IMG/VR virus record: IMGVR_UViG_3300013738_000004
Span: 1,931-65,930 of that record
Origin: a virus
Direction: 5' to 3' (one strand)
DNA length: 64,000 nt
This document shows positions 8,647-15,765 of this stretch, in pieces. How positions within the stretch are numbered: the first letter of the stretch is position 1; each line of letters opens with the position of its first letter. Under the pieces are notes generated by a model. That model did not search any database and was not told where the DNA came from. It worked only from the letters and a program-made list of their open reading frames with translations. The position numbers were made by a program, and so were the translations under genes.

Positions 8647-9420
8647 CTAGGCGGCTTGTTGGCGGAGGGCCGCTTCGTAGTGGTCGACAAAGACGGCGAA
8701 TTCCCAGAGGTCTTTCTCCATCGCCTCAATGAACGCGTCGTCGCGCTTGACTTCGACCATCGTGAATTGCTTGCCGACCGATGCGAGCGCGGGGCAGTAC
8801 AGGCCGACGTGCCACCAGTTGCGACCGCAGAGCCACATCCCGCCAAGCGCCTGCTCCTGCACTTCGGAAACGTCGTGCTCAAGCACGATGGCGCGGAGTT
8901 TGTCGGGCGCGAGAAAGCATTTGTACTCGCTGCCGCCGTCCGGATCGATGAGCCCGTCGGCGCTACAGCCGAAGCGGCCATCTTCCGTGCGCACGAACCC
9001 GGCGCGCTTGACGAACAGACCGGTCAGGGCTTCGTGTTCCATGCGTGCCTCAGGCTCCAAATCCCGCCCGCGGCGCATTTGCCACGTCTCGAAGCCCTCA
9101 TCCAGTGGCGCACCGCTGATGCGCTCGACGGCCAGTCGAAAGGCGTAATCCTTCGCCACGTCCGACCAGTCGCCAACTTTCTCGCCTTTAAGAGCACGCT
9201 TGATGCCGTCTGCGCTGGGCGCAGTCTTGTACCCGGCAAACTCGGCGGCGGCCTTCTCCGTCATCCCGCCAATAACCGCATCCACATACTTCTGCTGGCG
9301 TTCGTCCAGGCAACCGACTTTCTTGCGCACGGTAGAGAACATGCTGGCCGTTATCACGCCCGCTCTTGCGCGGAACCATTCTTCTCCGCCTTGCGGGCAC
9401 TCGATAATCTCGACGCTCAT
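8647..9420 (-). CDS. YqaJ/lambda-exonuclease-family recombination nuclease
   Basis: QGGEEWFRARAGVITAS, GRDLEPEAR, GCSADGL, EYKC, VQEQALGGMW motifs. Confidence 0.9.
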   Translation of the reverse strand: MSVEIIECPQGGEEWFRARAGVITASMFSTVRKKVGCLDERQQKYVDAVIGGMTEKAAAEFAGYKTAPSADGIKRALKGEKVGDWSDVAKDYAFRLAVERISGAPLDEGFETWQMRRGRDLEPEARMEHEALTGLFVKRAGFVRTEDGRFGCSADGLIDPDGGSEYKCFLAPDKLRAIVLEHDVSEVQEQALGGMWLCGRNWWHVGLYCPALASVGKQFTMVEVKRDDAFIEAMEKDLWEFAVFVDHYEAALRQQAA

Positions 9421-10331
9421 TGCTCACCTCCCTGCTCTCGTGCAAGTTGCTGCTGGAAGTCGGCCTCCAGTCCAGCGTCGTCAGAGCCGGGCTCGCGCGG
9501 TGGCGGCTCCGCGACCTTGGCCGGAAGCGTCTTGCTCTTTTCGGCCATTGCCGTTTTGAAGGCATCCGATGCGCCAGCGTCCTTCGCGGCGTTGATTTCC
9601 TTCACGCCACGCTTCCAAAGAATGTCGAATTCCTCGCGCGTCTTTACGGCCTCGACATCAGCAACCAGCTTTTGCGCCAGCGCACTCAATACAGGCTCGG
9701 CGGCACCCTCCTGCCCCGCCAGATGGTCGCGGAGCGTTTCGTCGAGGTCGTCCAGATCCTGAGAAAAGATGTCCGATGCTGCCGTGACATTGAGAACCAT
9801 CGCCATCTTGGCGCGCTTGCAGGCCATTTTCAGGACCGTGTTCGCGAGGTCCGATGGCTCCGTTCGGACTTGATTGGCCTTGTAGAAGCCGCCGCCTCGC
9901 TGCCTCCCGTACTTGACCCTGCGCATCGTGGCAGGCGTTGCCTCAAACTCTTCGAGGCAAACAGCGCCGCGCCATTTGTACTTTTCCTCGCCGGTCGATG
10001 CTTCGCCCATCCCGGAACCCAGTGCCACGTCGCTAACCTGGTGCTTGCCGATACAAGTCACCCGATAGCGGATCATGTCGGAGGTGGACAGGTCGTCGAT
10101 ACGGTACTCGTCAGCGATGCGGAATGACATGCACAGGACTTCCGCCCCCGACTTGTACAGCGTCGGCTTGTCGGTGCCGGGAATCTTGCCGTAGTGGACG
10201 TTCTCCTTCATCACCGCGCGCATGACTTCCTGAACGGCTGCGGCATGGGCCACAACCTCCATCGCGGACATGCGACCAGAGTTGACGAGCGCCACGGGGG
10301 CGCGTTGCGGCATTTCAATAATGTCGTTCAC
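9417..10331 (-). CDS. Putative single-strand annealing recombinase (YqaJ partner)
   Basis: Coupled to YqaJ; HYGKIPGTDKPTLYKSGAE and NTVLKMACKRA motifs; low-complexity tail. Confidence 0.65.
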   Translation of the reverse strand: MNDIIEMPQRAPVALVNSGRMSAMEVVAHAAAVQEVMRAVMKENVHYGKIPGTDKPTLYKSGAEVLCMSFRIADEYRIDDLSTSDMIRYRVTCIGKHQVSDVALGSGMGEASTGEEKYKWRGAVCLEEFEATPATMRRVKYGRQRGGGFYKANQVRTEPSDLANTVLKMACKRAKMAMVLNVTAASDIFSQDLDDLDETLRDHLAGQEGAAEPVLSALAQKLVADVEAVKTREEFDILWKRGVKEINAAKDAGASDAFKTAMAEKSKTLPAKVAEPPPREPGSDDAGLEADFQQQLAREQGGEQ

Positions 10332-10612
10332 AGTACCTCCGCATCATGTTCAATCGCCAAGGGCTGATCAACCTCAATCAGCCGCGCCGTATCCACCGCA
10401 TCAGCCATGGCAGACTTAACGCTCGATGCGAGCCGTTTGGCGCGCTGTGCCGCGTCTTCCTCGATCAGCGCTAGCACGCGGACAATAAACCCCGGTGCGA
10501 GGTCCATTTCCATCTTGCCGTCCGGGCCTTCGAAGTTGGCGGTTGCCTTCAGAGAGCCGCCATCGTTTTCCCAGCTTTCGCGGCGCTGAATCGTCAGTGT
10601 TTTCAGTTTCAT
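10328..10612 (-). CDS. Phage hypothetical protein
   Basis: 94-aa coupled ORF. Confidence 0.7.
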   Translation of the reverse strand: MKLKTLTIQRRESWENDGGSLKATANFEGPDGKMEMDLAPGFIVRVLALIEEDAAQRAKRLASSVKSAMADAVDTARLIEVDQPLAIEHDAEVL

Positions 10613-10735
10613 TTATTGACTCCGTGCAGCGCTAACCTTCGCCGCTGCGGTTGTGTGGATATGGCACTCGGCTGCGTAAAATGTCGCGCCGAGGATTAGG
10701 AATAGGCTGAGATAGAGGGCGGTGAGGATGTTCAT
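10613..10735 (-). CDS. Small hydrophobic peptide (40 aa)
   Basis: Own translation MNILTALYLSLFLILGATFY...; coupled on both sides. Confidence 0.5.
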   Translation of the reverse strand: MNILTALYLSLFLILGATFYAAECHIHTTAAAKVSAARSQ

Positions 10736-11049
10736 TGCGGCGCCTCTGCGCGTTCCGCAATCCAATTCAGAATCGCGATGATCTTTTTCGCGACCGTCTT
10801 GCGGATCGGCTTCGCCACACCCTCTCCAGCCAACTCCTCACTGAAGAACAGGATCGATGACACGGGCACGCTGAATGCTTTCGCGTATTTGTCGAGCGTC
10901 TCCAAGCTGGGGTTTTTCGTCCCGTTTTCGAGCATGGAAATCGTTGCGCAGCTCATGGCAATCTTGTGGCTCAGTTCGACCTGATTCATGTCGTGATAGA
11001 CGCGGATCAGGCGCAGAGCTTCAGCGAGCATTGGGGGTTTGTGGCTCAT
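10732..11049 (-). CDS. XRE-family HTH protein
   Basis: LRLIRVYHDMNQVELSHKIAMSCATISMLENG..NPSLETL. Confidence 0.88.
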   Translation of the reverse strand: MSHKPPMLAEALRLIRVYHDMNQVELSHKIAMSCATISMLENGTKNPSLETLDKYAKAFSVPVSSILFFSEELAGEGVAKPIRKTVAKKIIAILNWIAERAEAPQ

Positions 11050-11057
11050 TGATTCTC

Positions 11058-11381
11058 CTACCGCCAAACGCTGACCGTGGCACTCGGGTTCGCGGCGCAT
11101 GCCTTGATGTAGTCAGTGAGCCACGCTAAGAACCCGTCATAGGTTCCCCATCCGTTTTCTGGCTGGAATTGCCAGTAATGTGATGGCCGACTCAGCATGT
11201 CCACGAGCCCTTCCGTCAGGGGCGCAACCAGTTCAGCCGCCTTTGTGATGCCGATTTCCTCCGGACGCCATAGGTGCTTGTAGATGCCGGCAGCGTCTGC
11301 CATCTTGTTCAGGTTGTGCGTGATGTTGGCGGTATAGACTTCCTCGCCATCGGCGTTTTTCAGATAGACGTCGAGGCTCAT
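11058..11381 (-). CDS. Phage hypothetical protein
   Basis: MSLDVYL...NITHNLNKMA..AGIY...PENGWGTY. Confidence 0.8.
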   Translation of the reverse strand: MSLDVYLKNADGEEVYTANITHNLNKMADAAGIYKHLWRPEEIGITKAAELVAPLTEGLVDMLSRPSHYWQFQPENGWGTYDGFLAWLTDYIKACAANPSATVSVWR

Positions 11382-11617
11382 GCCGCACCTCGAATCCAGC
11401 CGATGTGCTGGAAGTGTTTCGCCACAGCGGGCGGAACATACTTGCTCCCGATGGCTACGCGTGGCTCGACGTGACGCTCAACCAGTCGAGCCTTGGCGGC
11501 TTTCTGGCGGCGCTCCGTGCGAACGCAGAGTGCCCGGTATTCGGCCTCGACAATCTCTTGGCGCGACAGGCGAACGCCGGTGAAAACGTGGCGCAGATCG
11601 ATATTCTGGAAGTTCAT
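11378..11617 (-). CDS. Phage hypothetical protein
   Basis: Start at ATG 11617 (MNFQNIDL). Confidence 0.6.
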   Translation of the reverse strand: MNFQNIDLRHVFTGVRLSRQEIVEAEYRALCVRTERRQKAAKARLVERHVEPRVAIGSKYVPPAVAKHFQHIGWIRGAA

Positions 11618-11799
11618 CAGTTGCCTCCAATAAACGAGAAAGCCGCATGCATCGCCCAAACCACCTGATCGATGATCGGCTGGCCAATCAGGAAAACCAG
11701 CGTGCCAAATGCTGCGAGTATTACCAGTGCAGCGAGGATGCAAAACCCAAGGACCAGATCGCAGGCCATGTTCAGATCGTCGTGTGTGAATTCGTTCAT
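11617..11799 (-). CDS. Small membrane protein
   Basis: One long hydrophobic segment. Confidence 0.55.
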   Translation of the reverse strand: MNEFTHDDLNMACDLVLGFCILAALVILAAFGTLVFLIGQPIIDQVVWAMHAAFSFIGGN

Positions 11800-11803
11800 A
11801 GCG

Positions 11804-11995
11804 TCAGTGGCATGCATGATTAACCGCCTCGCGCTCGATGGCGCATTGCATGAAGGTTCGCGCGACTCCGCAACGTGCGGCGAGTTGATACTTTTCCTCG
11901 CTCGTGATGTCGTTGTTCAGTAGCGCATTCTGGGCGTTGTCGAGGTCGCGAATGATCTCGGCTGCTGTCTGGGTGGACATTGTTATGATGGTCAT
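11804..11995 (-). CDS. Phage hypothetical protein
   Basis: Coupled ORF, GGAGG RBS. Confidence 0.55.
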   Translation of the reverse strand: MTIITMSTQTAAEIIRDLDNAQNALLNNDITSEEKYQLAARCGVARTFMQCAIEREAVNHACH

Positions 11996-12201
11996 TGCGC
12001 CTCCACTCGTTCCTTCGCCAACCAAGCCTCCAGCGCCGCCGATTCAACCGGCACAGGCAGGATTGCGCCGTGGTAATCCACGTATGCTTTGAGACTGCCG
12101 CCCGCGTCTTCGTAGATCCTGGATTCGTGTTCGGTCTCGCTAAGCAAGTGGTCCGATGGGTCGTCCATCAGATAAAGGCGGATTCGGATTGATGGGGTCA
12201 T
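11992..12201 (-). CDS. Phage hypothetical protein
   Basis: 69-aa coupled ORF. Confidence 0.6.
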   Translation of the reverse strand: MTPSIRIRLYLMDDPSDHLLSETEHESRIYEDAGGSLKAYVDYHGAILPVPVESAALEAWLAKERVEAQ

Positions 12202-12773
12202 GACGACTGCTCCTCGTCATCTGGCGAACGGAATGCCGCGAGGAACGTCTCGTCATCCGGCAGGCTGTCGAGCGGCCATGAGGCGGCAAACTTGATCGGG
12301 TGATACCCCGGCAAATCCCGGTCGGGCGGCACGCTGTAAAATCGATCGGCTGTTGTCAGTGGCTCACTGTGGCCCCGATACGCCTCGAAAGTGCCTTTGT
12401 CGAAGTCGGCCAGCCACGCCCACATGCACCCGACATCGCCCGCGTAGTCAACATCAATTCGAATCGGCGTCGGCTCTGTTGTGCTCTGGATCAGCGAGAG
12501 AATCTTCGCGCAGGTATCGCGACTCAGACTTGGGTAAAGCTGTGATGGCGCCTTGTTTTCAGCCTTCAGGCGCGCGTTGAAGTCGTCAATCTGCGCATCT
12601 GTCGGCTCAAACATAAGATCCAAGCCTGCGAAGAACTTCTCGCGATTCAATTCATCGCGTAGAAATGTAAGCGCCGTCAGTCCTTGACCGTCCGGATAGC
12701 CGTCCCACTGGCCGTATTGAGCGACCACATACTTACCATCCTTGAAAACCATCGTCAGATTTCTCGTGCCCAT
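12198..12773 (-). CDS. Phage hypothetical protein
   Basis: MGTR...VAQYGQWDGYP motif; AGGAG RBS. Confidence 0.8.
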   Translation of the reverse strand: MGTRNLTMVFKDGKYVVAQYGQWDGYPDGQGLTALTFLRDELNREKFFAGLDLMFEPTDAQIDDFNARLKAENKAPSQLYPSLSRDTCAKILSLIQSTTEPTPIRIDVDYAGDVGCMWAWLADFDKGTFEAYRGHSEPLTTADRFYSVPPDRDLPGYHPIKFAASWPLDSLPDDETFLAAFRSPDDEEQSS

Positions 12774-12947
12774 CTTCGCACTCCTGAATTAGTTGAATGT
12801 TGCCTTGGCGGATTGCAGCGACGCTCACTGGAATTCATCAGGGCTCTCCCGCTTGCCGAAGGCGGGAGAAAATCATTCGGTCTCGCGCACAGCCTGTTGC
12901 ATCCGAGGATCTCGCAGGCTGGAGCGCTGCTCCTGGCGGGTTGCTCG

Positions 12948-13475
12948 CTACGCTTCCAGCGCGCCCTTTTGCATCCCTCGCAACATGGATAGCTTCGCAA
13001 TCGCATCCATGTTTTCCTTGCGCTGGGCGTCCGTCAGTTGATCTTGACGAACGTTTTTGAGCGTCAGCGCGGCGCGCTTGTATGCCTTCGCTGCTTCGCG
13101 CTCAAACTTCTCCTGGGCTAGCTCAGTTTGCTCGCCAGGGGGCACAACACGGTAGCCTTCGCCGAATACAACGCTCAGAAAAATCTGGTGATTTTCCAGA
13201 AGTTCAGCGCGGAAAGCCTCCATATTGCGAAGCCATTCAAACTGACGCTCCTGAAAATCTTCCGCTGTCATCGGGCCAGCGATTGGTTCCATGCCGAAGT
13301 GCATTTCGAGCCACGACTTGCTAACCACATCACCTTCGCCGAAACCCTCGTCAAAGAAGTCCTTTACGGCCTGCCTCCATTCGGGGAACAGGCTGACATT
13401 TTCTTCTTCATCAAGGCCGCATTTACGCAGGCCTTCGCGGGCGCTTTGAATTGCCTCCAATACGTCTCTCCTCAT
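12948..13475 (-). CDS. Protein coupled to the RAMP gene (putative accessory/effector)
   Basis: ATG 13475 lies 2 nt after the RAMP stop; GGAG RBS; helical C-terminus. Confidence 0.75.
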   Translation of the reverse strand: MRRDVLEAIQSAREGLRKCGLDEEENVSLFPEWRQAVKDFFDEGFGEGDVVSKSWLEMHFGMEPIAGPMTAEDFQERQFEWLRNMEAFRAELLENHQIFLSVVFGEGYRVVPPGEQTELAQEKFEREAAKAYKRAALTLKNVRQDQLTDAQRKENMDAIAKLSMLRGMQKGALEA

Positions 13476-13477
13476 AA

Positions 13478-14047
13478 TCACTCCACCGTGACCGAGAAGC
13501 GGCCAAAGCGCGGACGGTACTCGCACACGCCGATGAGTGCGCCAGCGTCAGCCAGTGTCTTTTTGACCTCGGACATGTTCAATACGTCCGGGTTGAATGC
13601 AACCTCGAGCTCGCACGCCCATTCCGAGAACACGGGGCGGTAGCGCATCACCTTGGCGGTGCCAACCTTCACGCCTCGGCAGTCCACAAACTGGGTATCT
13701 TCCCAAAGCTTTTCGGGCGTCTTCGGACCTGCATGGATCAGCTTTGCGCGATCCGTCAGGACTAGCGCGCCTCGCGTCCATGCGGTGCCGAGCTTTTGGA
13801 GCTTCGCTCCAGCCTTGAACGTGGCATCGAAGTTCGCTCCGGGCACGTAGATGCCAGTCGATTCGCTGAAATAGATGCCGCTCAGGAATTCCGATTTGGC
13901 GATGGCAAGATGGTCGTCGTCCGTTTTCTTGCGCTTGCCTGTCAATTCCTTATGTGCTTTAGTTTCTGGCAGAAGCGGATTCGCCAGGCGATCCGAGTGC
14001 ATCATGAGGGGCGACGTGCCAACGATTTTCAATTTCAAAACTTCCAT
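13478..14047 (-). CDS. Stand-alone RAMP/Cas7-like (RRM-fold) RNA-binding protein; putative Vipr-type guide-binding protein
   Basis: N-terminal LKIVGTSPLMMH, central GIYVPGANF (cf. IPGSS of Csm3/Cas7 RAMPs) and C-terminal G-rich loop GALIGVCEYRPRFGRFSV; no other cas genes nearby. Confidence 0.75.
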   Translation of the reverse strand: MEVLKLKIVGTSPLMMHSDRLANPLLPETKAHKELTGKRKKTDDDHLAIAKSEFLSGIYFSESTGIYVPGANFDATFKAGAKLQKLGTAWTRGALVLTDRAKLIHAGPKTPEKLWEDTQFVDCRGVKVGTAKVMRYRPVFSEWACELEVAFNPDVLNMSEVKKTLADAGALIGVCEYRPRFGRFSVTVE

Positions 14048-14060
14048 GATGGTTTCCTTG

Positions 14061-14623
14061 TAGAGAACATCCCATACCCGGCCTTACCACGACATACCGC
14101 TCCCAAGCGAAACCTATCGGAGCCAACCGTTGCCGTAGTCTGCCCAGCCAATGATGCAAGCGCATCGGGAAAGCCGAAGCCTTCCCACTGCGTTCGCAGT
14201 CCGAAACAGAGCCTGCCTCGACACACCGCGCCTTGATGCAACGTGCCCTGCCACTGGGCGCTATTCGCACCGCACTGGTTTGCTCCAGTGCGCTGAAAAC
14301 AGCGGTTGCCTCGCCTCGCCTCACCTAACCGTGCCTAACCTGGGCTCGCCTAACCACCCCCAGATCACCACCGATGCTATTCGCACCGATTAGCCTTTCG
14401 GCTAACCGCTGAAAACAGCCCATGCCTTGACTTGCCTTGCCACGCCTGGCCTGACCCCGACTTGCCGCGCTATGCCTTGCCGCGTCTGGGCTTGTCACAC
14501 CAAACCGTGCCACTGGCGCTATTCGCACCGGCAAACCCAAAGGCTTGCCACTGAGAACAGTCCATACCCCATCAAAGCTCACCTCAGCTCGACATACGGA
14601 GTCATGCCACTCCATGCCTCACC
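14061..14623 (-). ncRNA. Five GGY-NN pentamer arrays separated by conserved hairpins (putative guide-RNA locus)
   Basis: Plus-strand NN-RCC 5-nt periodicity at 14069-14149, 14208-14252, 14306-14365, 14417-14511, 14559-14623; GCTATTCGCACCG exact at 14260, 14376 and 14518, each followed by a hairpin and CTGA(A/G)AACAG. Confidence 0.8.
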
Positions 14624-14629
14624 GCTTTC

Positions 14630-14773
14630 TCATGCCCGATCCTTCCACGAAAGTGTCCGCGCACGCTGACTCCGGTCTGGTATGTCCCGGCGTTCATCGG
14701 CGCCTTGGAAAAAGAGAATGATCAGGTAGTCAAGGAAGGCGACGATCAGCGCCCAAATTAGCCAGGTTGGCAT
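14630..14773 (-). CDS. Small membrane protein (47 aa)
   Basis: Own translation MPTWLIWALIVAFLDYLIILFF...; GGAG RBS; ends just before the first array. Confidence 0.55.
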   Translation of the reverse strand: MPTWLIWALIVAFLDYLIILFFQGADERRDIPDRSQRARTLSWKDRA

Positions 14774-14782
14774 GGCTATCTC

Positions 14783-15007
14783 CTAAATTTCATCCGCGTC
14801 GATTGCCTCAAGCAGATCGAGGTCGTCTGTCGTCAGTGGTGAGCACTCGGCGCAGACCAGATCAGGATCGCCGCGCATCATGCGAAGGCCCGCAAGAGCG
14901 GCAGCGTGCGAAGACAGGGTGCCTACCCAGCGGTCACCCGCGTAGAGTGTTCCGCTCACAATCGTCATCGGTTGACTCCAGTCCATGTCAGCACCCTCCC
15001 AGCTCAT
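14783..15007 (-). CDS. Phage hypothetical protein
   Basis: ORF in the operon. Confidence 0.55.
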   Translation of the reverse strand: MSWEGADMDWSQPMTIVSGTLYAGDRWVGTLSSHAAALAGLRMMRGDPDLVCAECSPLTTDDLDLLEAIDADEI

Positions 15008-15125
15008 CGCGAAGGCCCGCAGCGATCAACGCCGCAGCGATTTCCCGCAACAGGTGATTCGTCAGCGCGCCGTGCGGGTGTGGCATCGCGTTCAACTCAA
15101 TCAGGTCTTTGGCCAGGGTGCTCAT
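14988..15125 (-). CDS. Small hypothetical protein
   Basis: MSTLAKDLIEL...; GGAG RBS. Confidence 0.5.
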   Translation of the reverse strand: MSTLAKDLIELNAMPHPHGALTNHLLREIAAALIAAGLRDELGGC

Positions 15126-15153
15126 GTCTGTCTCCTGTCCGCTAACGCGGAGG

Positions 15154-15498
15154 TTAGGCGGCCTTGCACATCTCATCGATCAGACCGAATACGATCTTGT
15201 CGGCCGCATCCCGGTCGTATTCGTCAAGCCCGCCATCCTCGAAAAATGAGCCTTCGACGGCGCCGCATTTGACCAGCGCGCGGTAGAGGTCGAACTCCCA
15301 ACCGCTATTCCCGAACGGGCGCTTGGAGCTAAATCCCTCGCCTTCGGCCCACATCGTGCTCAGCAGTTCGCCGAGGTATTCTCGGATGCTGATTTCTCGG
15401 TTGAGGTCGTCGCATTGGAATGTGACGTCCAGCAGCGCCGGGTTTTCGCAGGCCATCGGCGCAGGGACATAGCGCACGCCGTCGATAATCACGTTCAT
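15154..15498 (-). CDS. Phage hypothetical protein
   Basis: KRPFGNSGWEFDLYRAL motif; start at ATG 15498 with AGGAG RBS. Confidence 0.75.
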   Translation of the reverse strand: MNVIIDGVRYVPAPMACENPALLDVTFQCDDLNREISIREYLGELLSTMWAEGEGFSSKRPFGNSGWEFDLYRALVKCGAVEGSFFEDGGLDEYDRDAADKIVFGLIDEMCKAA

Positions 15499-15514
15499 GG
15501 CTTCTCCTATCCGG

Positions 15515-15765
15515 TTACGCCGCCTGCCGCATCGCAACGCGGACCAGGCTGTTCTGAAGCTTCTCCTGCTGCTTCTTGCCGAAGTGCGGGGTGTACTTGC
15601 TGCGCGAGGCGCGGCGAACGTCGACATTCGGGGTCGAAGGTTGCGGCACGTAAAGCGTCTGACCGTTCGGCGCGAGAACCTTCTTTTGCACCGGGATTTC
15701 TAGGAAGTGAAGGTTGCGCTTTGCGAGGATTTCAGCGCGGTGCGTTGGTGATGTTTGCGGCTCAT
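15515..15765 (-). pseudogene. Frameshifted small gene (1-nt deletion or sequencing error)
   Basis: The coupled ATG (MSRKHHQRT) stops after 21 codons, while another frame continues RAEILAKRNLHFLEIPV...MRQAA* with no start codon; total length 251 nt. Confidence 0.5.

Noticed and set aside
12800-12870. Possible hammerhead ribozyme (CTGATGA on the minus strand)
   Set aside because: No stem II followed by GAAA could be found downstream.
14061-14623. Canonical CRISPR array, or the short ORFs in the track (14035-14241, 14325-14615 and others)
   Set aside because: There are no identical 25-40-bp repeats with unique spacers of even length and no cas1/cas2. The ORFs are low-complexity by-products of the pentamer periodicity.
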